In this document: positions 19,531 to 28,801 of the stretch, one piece after another
Numbering within the stretch: the first letter of the stretch is position 1
How the letters are laid out: every line of letters begins with the position of its first letter
Origin: Candidatus Altiarchaeales archaeon
Lineage (GTDB): Archaea; Altiarchaeota; Altiarchaeia; IMC4; SCGC-AAA252-I15
Assembly: GCA_014727915.1 (NCBI GenBank)
Contig: WJMO01000009.1
Coordinates: 1-64,000 of the forward strand
Direction: 5' to 3'
DNA length: 64,000 nt
Translations under genes and position numbers: made by a program
The notes under the pieces: generated by a model
What the model was told of the DNA's origin: nothing
The model's database searches: none
What the model saw: the letters and a program-made list of their open reading frames with translations, nothing else

Positions 19531-19884
19531 ATGAGCAGCAAACGCATGGCCATAGCAGTGGTTGTCGGCCTGCTGTCCGGCATATTCTGCGCGGTCGGAA
19601 CCGCCCAGATGGCAGACGAGGGAAAATTCGACTTCGAAGTTACGAACGGCCTGCTCGCCAGCACAGTCTACAACCGGATACTCATAGGCTTGGTCGTAGG
19701 GCTCGCAGGCGGCATAGCAATGCATCCTGTCCTGAGAGGCGCCCTCGCAGGAGCTATTGTGTCGATGGCCATCAGCATACACCCGATAGTCGACGGGAAC
19801 CCCATGGGCGGGCTGATGCCCCTCCTATTCGGGATAGCCTACGGAGTGATCGCGGATGTCCTGTCAACAAGGTACGGAAGATGA
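19531..19884 (+). CDS. Small four-TM membrane protein
   Basis: Hydrophobic helices with NRILIG motif. Confidence 0.7.
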   Translation: MSSKRMAIAVVVGLLSGIFCAVGTAQMADEGKFDFEVTNGLLASTVYNRILIGLVVGLAGGIAMHPVLRGALAGAIVSMAISIHPIVDGNPMGGLMPLLFGIAYGVIADVLSTRYGR

Positions 19885-19885
19885 C

Positions 19886-20914
19886 CTACCCCGCAACTAT
19901 GTTGCCGTAGCTGTGCTCTATGATGTGGTCTGTACGGTCTAGCGGGTACAGGTGGGTGACGGGCTCACCGGACAACAGCCTACCCCCCTTATATGCCTTC
20001 ATAGTCCTTCCATGCGAGTCCCTGTAGCCTGTGTAGTCCCTGTGAACCGACAAAAGTATGGACTCCAGGTCCCCTGACACCTTCAGGACATGGGATGGGT
20101 CCTCGAGCATTCTCCTGGTGTGGGGTTTCCTCTCCTCAACGGATACGTGGGGGCTCATGTGCAGGTGGGTGAACGACAGCAGACCAAAGCCCAGCTTACG
20201 CACGTCAGGTATCCTGACCGGCTTCAGCAAACCCCTGTCAAGGAACCGGTTTCTCAGCGTGTTCACCGTCTGCCTGCTGACCCCCGCATGGGCTGCAACT
20301 CTCTCATCTGTGGTGTCCGGGTGGTCCACCAACGACCTCATTGTGTTCAATTCCCTGCCACTTGGTCTCCAACCTCCATCCTCGACCTTGAATTCACAGT
20401 CATCCCTTTCATGTTCGAGGTTGAAGTGGTCGGCCAACAACGGAGCGTAGTCGAAGAACCTTGGTATTTGGGTGAGCTTCAGCGGGAAGAAGACGTAGTT
20501 ATGGCGTTTGTCCGTGAGGTATCCGCTCTCATGGTGTATCCTGTGGTGGTTTATTATATGCTCCCGGACGTGGGTTAGGCTGCCCGCAGCCCCGAGGCTG
20601 AGGTGCTGGCCGCCGCTGTTGACCATGTAGAAGACGGTGGAGACACCGTCCCGTATGCTCTCCTTGAGCACGTCCACTCCTCCCTTGGCCGTGCCCGCGA
20701 ACTCTCCGTACAATATGGTGAGGAGCTCGCAGCCGACCCTCCTGAAATCCGGCACATAAAAACCCCTATACAAACCCTTGTCCTGAAGCCTCTTACGGAT
20801 GACAGTGACAGTCGACCTGCCCAAACCCAGCCTATCACCCAGCTCCAAATCCGAAAAACCAGGCCACCTGACCAAACCATACAAGACCATGCACTCACGA
20901 TCCGACAAAACCAT
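19886..20914 (-). CDS. Tandem (duplicated) Lrp/AsnC-like HTH regulator
   Basis: Two HTH units (SDLELGDRLGLGRSTV; TDERVAAHAGVSRQTV), each followed by PD.R.(V/L)G and a RAM-like domain. Confidence 0.75.
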   Translation of the reverse strand: MVLSDRECMVLYGLVRWPGFSDLELGDRLGLGRSTVTVIRKRLQDKGLYRGFYVPDFRRVGCELLTILYGEFAGTAKGGVDVLKESIRDGVSTVFYMVNSGGQHLSLGAAGSLTHVREHIINHHRIHHESGYLTDKRHNYVFFPLKLTQIPRFFDYAPLLADHFNLEHERDDCEFKVEDGGWRPSGRELNTMRSLVDHPDTTDERVAAHAGVSRQTVNTLRNRFLDRGLLKPVRIPDVRKLGFGLLSFTHLHMSPHVSVEERKPHTRRMLEDPSHVLKVSGDLESILLSVHRDYTGYRDSHGRTMKAYKGGRLLSGEPVTHLYPLDRTDHIIEHSYGNIVAG

Positions 20915-20976
20915 ACCCGCTCAATAAACCCATTACCCACAAACCAATAAAAAACCCCGACAAAAAGAGAAAAAAC

Positions 20977-21642
20977 TCACAAAACCACTATCCGATTGGA
21001 TACTCGGTCGTATCCTGGCACTATATCGTATATGTCCATTTGTAGTGAGATTTCCAGGTCTTTCTCCTGGCCTAGCTGCCTGAGCCTTTTGGCGCCGTTC
21101 CCTTCAAGTATCCTGTTTCTGATACCCTCAAAATCAGCATCATTGCCCAACAGCTTCTCCCTGATGAAGTTGGCGCATTCCTCATCCTCAATTGCCTTCT
21201 CGTTCCCGTTCAAACCCATCGCAACAAGCGAGACAACATCCGGGTCGCGTTCCAGTATGTGTGAGACCAGTGGGCCGGCGTTGGCGAAGCTGCCGATCAA
21301 CACCTCCTCGGCATTGACTGCGGCCACAATCCCCTGGGAACCGGCAGAGGACGAGAAAACAACGGTCTTACCCGACAAGTCCATCTTCGAGATGAGATAC
21401 GGGGAGTTCCCCACGTCAAAACCCTCCGGCGGCAGACCCTCCCGCTCACCAACAAGAAGATAGTTCGGGTTCTCCTCCTTCAGCCGATACGCCTCACCCA
21501 AACCCCCCACCGGAACAACACCAACAGCACCAGCCCCAAAACAACCCAAAACAGTATTACTAGCCCTGAAAACATCAAAAACAACAGCCAAACCAACAGC
21601 AGAACTAGCGCCGTCCACGAATCTACTCGTCCTTATTTCCAT
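20977..21642 (-). CDS. comB: 2-phosphosulfolactate phosphatase family
   Basis: VVFDVFRASNT, GEREG...FDVGNSP, IEDEECA. Confidence 0.88.
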   Translation of the reverse strand: MEIRTSRFVDGASSAVGLAVVFDVFRASNTVLGCFGAGAVGVVPVGGLGEAYRLKEENPNYLLVGEREGLPPEGFDVGNSPYLISKMDLSGKTVVFSSSAGSQGIVAAVNAEEVLIGSFANAGPLVSHILERDPDVVSLVAMGLNGNEKAIEDEECANFIREKLLGNDADFEGIRNRILEGNGAKRLRQLGQEKDLEISLQMDIYDIVPGYDRVSNRIVVL

Positions 21643-22585
21643 ATTTGCTCCTCAACTGACTCTTCACCTCTTTGATTATCTTCAAACCTTTCCTACCCTT
21701 CAGATTCACGCCTTTCTCATACTCTTTCATATACATCTCCTTGGCACTCCTAGCGGTATCTGGAGATTTAATGTATACTCCACCGATGATCTCACCCTTG
21801 TTGTCCCTGAGATATAACATCACCTCGCTTACCTTATCCCTCTCTGGGAACACAAGATGCAATCCTGGCAGGTCCTCAAGATAAATCAAGTCTAAGGTTT
21901 CAATCTCCCGAAGATTTTTCAGATTGTCTATGATGACCTCACATTCCCTATAAGCCCACTCTGGATCATGGTATAGTTTCAAGGCGTGATTGTAGATGTA
22001 ATCAACGTCAAATGAAGTGAGATAAGTGACGTGCAGTTTCTTCTTGACAAAGCAGAGGTCATGAATATCCCTAAAACAATTCCCTCGGTCGATGAAATCC
22101 AACAACCTCTGAGAATAAGTTATGTTAGCAAAACGTCCCAACGCATATAGTCTCTTGGCAGTCTTTGAAGTCTGAGCGATTTTCAAGAAAAATGGAGTGT
22201 GATCCAGGTATTCAACTACCGGCTTGAACTTGCTCAACTTGGATTTGCTAAAGAAATCTTCCACATCACTCATCAAATCCTCGAACTCGTCCAAATCCCT
22301 CCTGTAATACTCACGTTTTTCTACCAAAGCATGTTCAATACCCTCAAAATTGACGTCATATCTGCCATGATCCGACCTGATAATAAATCCCTTGACTTTG
22401 AGGAACCTGAGAATCTTGAAGAGATTAGCCTTAAGCATCAACTTACCCCTAAGCCTCTTATACTCGTCTAAAATAGTCTTTGGGGACGTGTCTTCCCCAT
22501 CACTCTTAAGACGATAGACACATTGTAGAATATCCAACTGTTGCCTGGTCAAACCCAAACCCTCAGCAAACCTCTCAAAATCCAA
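21623..22585 (-). CDS. TrmB-like protein (wHTH + coiled coil + effector domain), paralog B
   Basis: LGLTRQQLDIL..KANLFKILR HTH; aligns by eye over its length with 23648-24649 (PVVEYLD, FANITYS, IGGVYIKS). Confidence 0.65.
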   Translation of the reverse strand: MDFERFAEGLGLTRQQLDILQCVYRLKSDGEDTSPKTILDEYKRLRGKLMLKANLFKILRFLKVKGFIIRSDHGRYDVNFEGIEHALVEKREYYRRDLDEFEDLMSDVEDFFSKSKLSKFKPVVEYLDHTPFFLKIAQTSKTAKRLYALGRFANITYSQRLLDFIDRGNCFRDIHDLCFVKKKLHVTYLTSFDVDYIYNHALKLYHDPEWAYRECEVIIDNLKNLREIETLDLIYLEDLPGLHLVFPERDKVSEVMLYLRDNKGEIIGGVYIKSPDTARSAKEMYMKEYEKGVNLKGRKGLKIIKEVKSQLRSKYGNKDE

Positions 22586-22602
22586 CCCACACCACCACTT
22601 AA

Positions 22603-23676
22603 CTAAGGGGAAGTATTGATTAAAATGTTATCTTCCTTACTCATCCAACATATGGGATCTGATTTGCAATAATCTCCCTCTATTAGTTCTGAAGCAGCAC
22701 GACAACCCCAACAAAAATTGTTCTTTTCACATTTACTACAATGGCCAGATATGGTTTCTGGTGAATGTAATTTTTCATAAAGGAGTTTTTCCTTGTTCTC
22801 TGAGAATATTTTCTTAAATGACTGTTTGTTCACGTTACCTGCGTATGTTGAGTAAACCATTGAACATCCAAGAACATCTCCATGGTAGTTAATCACACAT
22901 TTCGTACCACAGTAGAATTTGGTTCCAAATCCAGGTCCGCTTTCTACGCTGTCCTTTGAGTTTCTATATTTGTATACATCCCACATTCTCTCAAACTTAG
23001 GGGATAAATTCTCCGACTCTTTTGCCAAACCAAAAGCTCGATATGGGTATAGTATAACCGAAATATTCTTTTCATCATATGCCCAATCAATAGTCTTGAC
23101 GTAATCCTTATCTCTAATAATCGGATCTGTCACAGTGATTGCTAATGCGATGTTTTCTGCCCCAAAATTTGTACCCATTAGGTTTTCCAATCCGTTAATC
23201 TGGTTTTCAAGATAACCATCAGAACATTCATGGGTTTTGTAATGAATCTCCTTATCCAAAGTGTCTATGTGAATGTGTGCTAAATCAACTATTTCATTCA
23301 CTTTTTTAGCATCTTCAATCTCTTTCATATATGCGCCATTTGTCATCAGCAAATTTGTTAGGCCCTTATATTTGCTATATGACATTATCTCATACCAGTT
23401 ATCACGTGCTAAGGGTTCTCCCCCTCCCCAATTGACTTGTTTGACATCTAGTTCTACTAGATCATCAATTATCTCAAATATTTTTTCATCTGATAGCTGT
23501 TTTACATTTTCTGGAGTTGACTCAGCATAACAGTAATTGCATCCACCGTCGCAGAATGACGTTAATCCTATCTCAACTGTATAGAGTTTACCTTCATTGA
23601 AATATTTCATCTGGGATTGAAAATCCTTTGTAAAGCCCTTCCTGACGTTATTTTCGCATCTTAGTAGATTTTCCAC
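22603..23676 (-). CDS. Radical SAM/SPASM domain protein
   Basis: CDGGCNYC, GGGEP, C-terminal CGTKC..GDVLGC..CSKC...CWGCRA...DPIC. Confidence 0.92.
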   Translation of the reverse strand: MENLLRCENNVRKGFTKDFQSQMKYFNEGKLYTVEIGLTSFCDGGCNYCYAESTPENVKQLSDEKIFEIIDDLVELDVKQVNWGGGEPLARDNWYEIMSYSKYKGLTNLLMTNGAYMKEIEDAKKVNEIVDLAHIHIDTLDKEIHYKTHECSDGYLENQINGLENLMGTNFGAENIALAITVTDPIIRDKDYVKTIDWAYDEKNISVILYPYRAFGLAKESENLSPKFERMWDVYKYRNSKDSVESGPGFGTKFYCGTKCVINYHGDVLGCSMVYSTYAGNVNKQSFKKIFSENKEKLLYEKLHSPETISGHCSKCEKNNFCWGCRAASELIEGDYCKSDPICWMSKEDNILINTSP

Positions 23677-24649
23677 TTGATTTCCCCCTAGATGATAATC
23701 CTTTCAGATCATCTCTCATTTTTTTGAAAATTTTGTTTTTTCTAGGTCCTGAGATGTCAGTTGCTATAGAGCAATTTTTCATGAATTCTTCTTTGGCTCT
23801 TTTTGCAGTCTCGATTGATCTAATATAGACTCCACCAATTGCCATTTGACGTTCGTTTCTGATGAACATGAAATAGTCTCTTAGTATCTCTCCTTCTGTA
23901 AGTAGGATGTCCATCCCATATGGGAAATCACTGTACATTACTTTCAGATTTTCGTGCAAGGAAATCATGCTTTCGAGGTTATCAATTATGGATTCACATT
24001 CCTTTATTGCTAGATCGTGTTTATCATGTTTTCTCATGAACTGTTCATAGGGGTATTCAATGGAGAGGCTTGAAAGGTATTTTATTGACAATTCTTTTTC
24101 TTTCAGACATCTATCCCGTTCTATATCGACATATGTGTCAATTCCCATGCTCTGGGCTAGAGTATATGAATATGCAATATTGGGGAACTTAGAAACTGTA
24201 TAATACGCTTTTGATGTTTGAAGTAATCTTGTAATCCGGTTAAATACTTCATTATAGTCAAGGTATTCTACTATTGGTTTTTCTGGTTGTGTGGTGGTTT
24301 TTTTGAAGTAGTCTTCGAGTTGGTTGGTGAGTTGGTCGTAGTGTTGTAGTTTTTTGTGGTATTGTTGTTGGCGTTTTTGGAGTGTTTTTTTGATGTTGTC
24401 GTAGGCTATTTGGTAGTTGGCTTCGCCTTCGCGGCTGAGGAAGTCCTTGTCCAGCAGGATTTTCAGTTGGCGGAAGAGGTTGCTCTTCTGGATGGTTCCG
24501 CCGAAGTCGTGGGAGTAGGTTAGTTCTATCTCCCGGGGTGTGGCTACCTTGTTCTTGGAGACGATCTTGTAGACGGATTTCAGGATGTTCAGCTGCTGGT
24601 CCGTTATTCCCAGGATGCTCGGCGCGTCTATGTCGTCGATTTCAGGCAT
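23648..24649 (-). CDS. TrmB-like protein (wHTH + coiled coil + effector domain), paralog A
   Basis: LGITDQQLNIL..KSNLFRQLK HTH; PIVEYLD, FPNIAYS, IGGVYIRS shared with paralog B. Confidence 0.65.
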   Translation of the reverse strand: MPEIDDIDAPSILGITDQQLNILKSVYKIVSKNKVATPREIELTYSHDFGGTIQKSNLFRQLKILLDKDFLSREGEANYQIAYDNIKKTLQKRQQQYHKKLQHYDQLTNQLEDYFKKTTTQPEKPIVEYLDYNEVFNRITRLLQTSKAYYTVSKFPNIAYSYTLAQSMGIDTYVDIERDRCLKEKELSIKYLSSLSIEYPYEQFMRKHDKHDLAIKECESIIDNLESMISLHENLKVMYSDFPYGMDILLTEGEILRDYFMFIRNERQMAIGGVYIRSIETAKRAKEEFMKNCSIATDISGPRKNKIFKKMRDDLKGLSSRGKSSGKSTKMRK

Positions 24650-24703
24650 CTTGCCACTACCCCCCTCATGTACAGAATGTGAAAAACCCTTTAAATATCA
24701 AAG

Positions 24704-24731
24704 GGTGTACTATCACAAACACTAGTACACC
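24704..24731. promoter_or_regulatory. Inverted repeat GGTGTACTA-N10-TAGTACACC upstream of the TrmB-like/rSAM operon
   Basis: Perfect 9-bp IR next to a TTTAAATA TATA-like box at ~24690-24697. Confidence 0.55.
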
Positions 24732-24808
24732 ACATTATGATACTATTTTTTATGTTATTTGGACAATATGTTAATCGACAAGATGCATATTGACATTTTG
24801 TCAAATAG

Positions 24809-25212
24809 GTGGTTGGAGTGTTTTGGATTTTGTTCATGGTGTTGGTGTTAGCGACGGAGCTGATAGTCTTTCTCCAGGTTCTCGAAACTGACACGACAAA
24901 GCACCCGTACTGGAACGTCGAAAGGAAACCTGTGATGGAAGAAGAATGGCAAAAGATGGAAGAAGCAAGCGCGCACGGAACCCCCGCAGCAGCTTAGGCA
25001 AGATACTGCACCACTTCGTGGGCGAGATATGCTGCGTCACGAAGCCCATAGAATCCGGTAAGAGGGGGGCGGTCCGGATATGGGGCAGCGACGTCCCAGC
25101 AAAATGCAAGGAGGAAGTGAGGAGGGGACAATGGGTCCGCGTGATATCCCACACCAAAGAATTCCTTCATGTGAAGCCATTGAACGTGTGGCTTGGTTCA
25201 TGCTGCTGCTGA
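24809..25212 (+). pseudogene. Split/frameshifted NfeD-like protein (N-terminal TM + OB fold)
   Basis: TM ORF 24809-24997 overlaps a different-frame ORF 24946-25212 with G...VTKPI...GAVRIWG...A...V.RG.WVRV...LHVKP pattern. Confidence 0.45.
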
Positions 25213-25219
25213 CCGAGGA

Positions 25220-25759
25220 TCATATTATGAAGACCGCGGCCGCTATGGCCGTCGTCCAGGAGCCGTCAGGCGTTCCCCTAGAGGATTCGACTATGTGCTG
25301 CGTCCTGAAGATCTTCCCGCTCGCCTCATAGGCCCTCTTCCGCTCATCCCATGCGGTGTTGGGGTCGAAGTCGATGCCCAAAGTCGTCGCCAGCATCGTG
25401 GCAGCAAGGTCCTCCGCATAGTTCCCGGCAACCTCTCCACCCTCGCCTAGGCTGTGGTGCTCGCTCAGATATCCATAGCCGCCGGTGTCCTTCGGCAAAG
25501 CCAATCCCACAGCAGCAGAAACATCCGCCTCGTCGTTTGTCTGGGATTTGGCCAACACGGTGAACGCTATCTGCCCAGGCTTCAACAGCTTCAACCCATC
25601 CTCCACGGACACGACCTCGCAACCCGGGGGGAAGATGCTCGACACCTCCACCAGGTTGTATCTGGCGATGCCGGCCTCCCTGAGGGCCAGCTCGAAGCTC
25701 GCCAGCTTGTCCCTGTGGGTCCCAGCACCCTTGGTGAAGAAGCACTTGCTCGGTATCAT
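25220..25759 (-). CDS. pdaD: Pyruvoyl-dependent arginine decarboxylase
   Basis: SFELALREAGIARYNLVEVSSIFPP (Ser-Ser cleavage), GYLSEH. Confidence 0.92.
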   Translation of the reverse strand: MIPSKCFFTKGAGTHRDKLASFELALREAGIARYNLVEVSSIFPPGCEVVSVEDGLKLLKPGQIAFTVLAKSQTNDEADVSAAVGLALPKDTGGYGYLSEHHSLGEGGEVAGNYAEDLAATMLATTLGIDFDPNTAWDERKRAYEASGKIFRTQHIVESSRGTPDGSWTTAIAAAVFII

Positions 25760-25777
25760 CGTAGAATATAATGCAAT

Positions 25778-26623
25778 CTAGGGTAAAAACCCCATCATCT
25801 TATAGGCCAGCTTCGCGGCGGTGAAGCCGGCATATTCCAGGCCCGGTCTGGGGCAGAGCTCCACCATGTCAAAGCCCACGACCTCCCTCGAGACTGCAAC
25901 CGCCTTCAACAGCCCGAGCAGGCCATACCATCCCAGGCCTCCGGGCTCGGGGGTGCCCACAGCTGGCATCACCGACGGGTCGAGGACGTCCAAGTCCAGG
26001 GTGACATGGACCCTGTCGCCCAAACAACCTATGATGTCCGGGATAAGATCTCCCTCGACCATCTCATGCGCGTAGAAGACCTTCAAACCCTCCTCCGAGA
26101 TAAGCTCGGCTTCCTCCTCGCATATCGCCCGAATCCCCGCCTGGACGGCGTCACTGTGCTCCCTGATCCTGCGCATGACGCAGGCGTGGCTGAACCTGCT
26201 GCCCTCGAACGAGTCTCTGAGGTCTCCGTGGGCGTCCAGGTGGAGCGCCGACACATCCCCGTAGAAGTCCTTCAACGCAAGGTGCAACCCGAGGGATACC
26301 GTATGCTCCCCGCCCAGGACGACCGGGAACTTCCCATCCTCCAATATCTTCGAACACTTCCTCCGGATAGCATCTATCACCTCTTCCACCGGCCCATCGC
26401 ATTGTATCTGGGGGAGGGTCGCGATACCCCGCTCCGCAGGCGTAGTGCCCAACTCGATGTCGTAGAGCTCCAACTCCCCCGAAGCCTCCAGTATCGCAGC
26501 CGGCCCGGCCGCCGTCCCTTTCAAGTAAGAAGTCGTACTCTCAAAGGGAGCGGACAGGACAACGAACCTCGCCTTCTCATAGTTGCTGAACGGCTCGCCC
26601 AAACCCGCAAACTCATGCGCCAT
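25778..26623 (-). CDS. speB: Agmatinase
   Basis: GGEHTV, LDAHGD, DLDVLDP, GTPEPGG ureohydrolase motifs; adjacent to pdaD. Confidence 0.93.
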   Translation of the reverse strand: MAHEFAGLGEPFSNYEKARFVVLSAPFESTTSYLKGTAAGPAAILEASGELELYDIELGTTPAERGIATLPQIQCDGPVEEVIDAIRRKCSKILEDGKFPVVLGGEHTVSLGLHLALKDFYGDVSALHLDAHGDLRDSFEGSRFSHACVMRRIREHSDAVQAGIRAICEEEAELISEEGLKVFYAHEMVEGDLIPDIIGCLGDRVHVTLDLDVLDPSVMPAVGTPEPGGLGWYGLLGLLKAVAVSREVVGFDMVELCPRPGLEYAGFTAAKLAYKMMGFLP

Positions 26624-26746
26624 AACACATAGAATAGCACCACAGGACATAAAAAACAAGATTTCAAAACAATTAAAACAAAAACGCAAATAATTCATAA
26701 AAACTTGGCGATAGTTTATATCCCCCCCGGGCTAATGGTTTCTCCT

Positions 26747-28471
26747 ATGGTCAAGTGGAACCTAGACGACATACACAAACCCGGCGAAGACGGCAAGCTC
26801 GCGGTAAAGCTTAAGGCGGACGCCAGAAGATTCAAGAGAAACCGAAGACTGCTGAAGCCGAACATATCCCCCCGGGCATTCCTCAAAATATTGGATGACT
26901 ATGAGAAGCTCACAGTCACATCCTCCAAGCTCTCCGCATACGCTGGGCTCCAACTGTCGGAGAACACATCCGACCCTGATCGTAACGCACACTCTGACAG
27001 GGTATCACAGCACTGCGCCGAGGCAGGGAACGAGGTTATTTTCTTCACCCACTGGTTCAAAGACCTCCCAGAAAAGACAGCCAAAAGGCTTACACGCGCT
27101 TCGGGACCATACCATTACGTCCTAGATCGCGTCCGGGCAGAGCGTCAATTCATACTCTCAGAGCCGGAGGAGAGGATAATAAACCTCAAGGACCTCACAG
27201 GCGTCGATTCAAACAACAAAATATATGACATAATCACCAACAGGTTCTTATTCAGGTACAAGGGTAGGGTATTGACCCGGGAAGACCTCACCACCTACAA
27301 GCTCAGCAGGCACAGGGCGGAGAGGAAGACAGCCTACGATCTCACACTCGACGAGTACGCACGCAACAAGACAGTACTAGCCGAACTCTACAAGGCAATA
27401 GTGGCAGACTTTCACTACGAGAACCTGAAACTCCGGGGATACAAGGATGCCATTTCCGTGAGGAACCACTCCAACGACATACCAGACAAGGCAGTCGAAT
27501 CACTCATCTCGGCCGTGAGGGGCATCAGGGAATTCAAGAGATACTTCAAACTAAAAGCAAGGATATGCGGCATAAGCGACATGGACCGCTACGACATCTA
27601 CACCCCATACCCCGGTGAAGAACCCCACCTCCCCTACGGAAAATGCAAGAGGATAACCCTGGAAACCTATGGATCATTCGACAAGAGGATGCACGAGCTT
27701 GCCAAAAGGATATTCGATAGGGGCCACGTCCACTCGGAGATAAGGCCCAAAAAGCAGAGCGGCGCCTTCTGCCTCACCCCCACAAAGGGCATCACACCCT
27801 ATCTGATGCTAAATCACGCAGGCAATCTCCAGAGCCTCTACACCATGGTCCACGAGGTCGGCCATGGGATACACGCCCAGCTGGCGGCATGCCAGACGGA
27901 GCTGACATTCAGAGCCCCCCTCCCTCTCGCGGAGAACGCCTCACTTTTCGGAGAGAAACTATTGACCGAGAAACTACTCAGAGAATCCCGCGAAGATGAG
28001 AAGAGGGGGATACTCGTACGGTCGCTGGACAACCACTATGCCTCCATAATCCGCCAAATCTATTTCACACTGTTCGAGCTGGAAGCCCACAAGTCCATAC
28101 CCGAAGGCGCAACCGTGGAACGCCTGAACAGGGCATACCTCAAAGGACTCAAAGAGCAGTTCAAGGGCTCCTTAAAGGTCCCTGAAAAGTTCAAGCACGA
28201 ATGGCTCATGATACCCCACATCTTCGCATCCCCCTTCTACTGCTACAGCTACGCCTTCGCAGACCTGCTGGTCCTGGCCTTGTACGGGCTATACCGTGAA
28301 ACCGGGAAGAAGTTCAACCCAGACTACTTGAAACTCTTATCATACGGCGGCTCACAGTCTCCCGAAAAGGCTCTGGAAGAGATAGGCCTAGACATCAGCC
28401 GAAAGGAGACCTGGAAGAATCCTGTGAAACACATCAGGGATCAGGTAAGGGAGCTTGAGAGAATCACATAG
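26747..28471 (+). CDS. M3 family oligoendopeptidase (PepF-like)
   Basis: KQSGAFC, HEVGHGIH, LAENAS, PFYCYSYAF. Confidence 0.92.
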   Translation: MVKWNLDDIHKPGEDGKLAVKLKADARRFKRNRRLLKPNISPRAFLKILDDYEKLTVTSSKLSAYAGLQLSENTSDPDRNAHSDRVSQHCAEAGNEVIFFTHWFKDLPEKTAKRLTRASGPYHYVLDRVRAERQFILSEPEERIINLKDLTGVDSNNKIYDIITNRFLFRYKGRVLTREDLTTYKLSRHRAERKTAYDLTLDEYARNKTVLAELYKAIVADFHYENLKLRGYKDAISVRNHSNDIPDKAVESLISAVRGIREFKRYFKLKARICGISDMDRYDIYTPYPGEEPHLPYGKCKRITLETYGSFDKRMHELAKRIFDRGHVHSEIRPKKQSGAFCLTPTKGITPYLMLNHAGNLQSLYTMVHEVGHGIHAQLAACQTELTFRAPLPLAENASLFGEKLLTEKLLRESREDEKRGILVRSLDNHYASIIRQIYFTLFELEAHKSIPEGATVERLNRAYLKGLKEQFKGSLKVPEKFKHEWLMIPHIFASPFYCYSYAFADLLVLALYGLYRETGKKFNPDYLKLLSYGGSQSPEKALEEIGLDISRKETWKNPVKHIRDQVRELERIT

Positions 28472-28473
28472 GC

Positions 28474-28587
28474 TCATTGGGCCGCTATTCCTGGCATGGA
28501 GCAGGTCTGGGCCTGTATCATCCTTAGCTTCGTCTGGCTATGCAGGGTAGGCTTGAACCACGATTCTCCCACATTCTTAGCCACCAC
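28474..28587 (-). CDS. Possible unannotated 37-aa protein MVAKNVGESWFKPTLHSQTKLRMIQAQTCSMPGIAAQ
   Basis: Translated by hand; GTG start after AAGGT; GC-rich patch beside the very AT-rich amt promoter. Confidence 0.3.
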   Translation of the reverse strand: MVAKNVGESWFKPTLHSQTKLRMIQAQTCSMPGIAAQ

Positions 28588-28801
28588 AACCTTCTTATCT
28601 GATTTTTTTAAATATTTTATATTATTATAATATTTTTATATATTATTAATATTATTTTCTATATTTTTCACCCTTAATGCATTTATCATCAATATTTTTC
28701 TAAAAAATTGTACATTTTCACAATTAAACAACAACTATTTATAGAAGTCATCCATTATATCTTGTATTAATTGTTGAAATATTTAATCTTAGGTGGGATA
28801 A

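Noticed and set aside
24691-24894. Cys-rich 67-aa minus-strand ORF as precursor for the rSAM/SPASM enzyme
   Set aside because: It runs through the AT-rich promoter and palindromes, lies antisense to the NfeD-like gene and has no clear SD; probably spurious.
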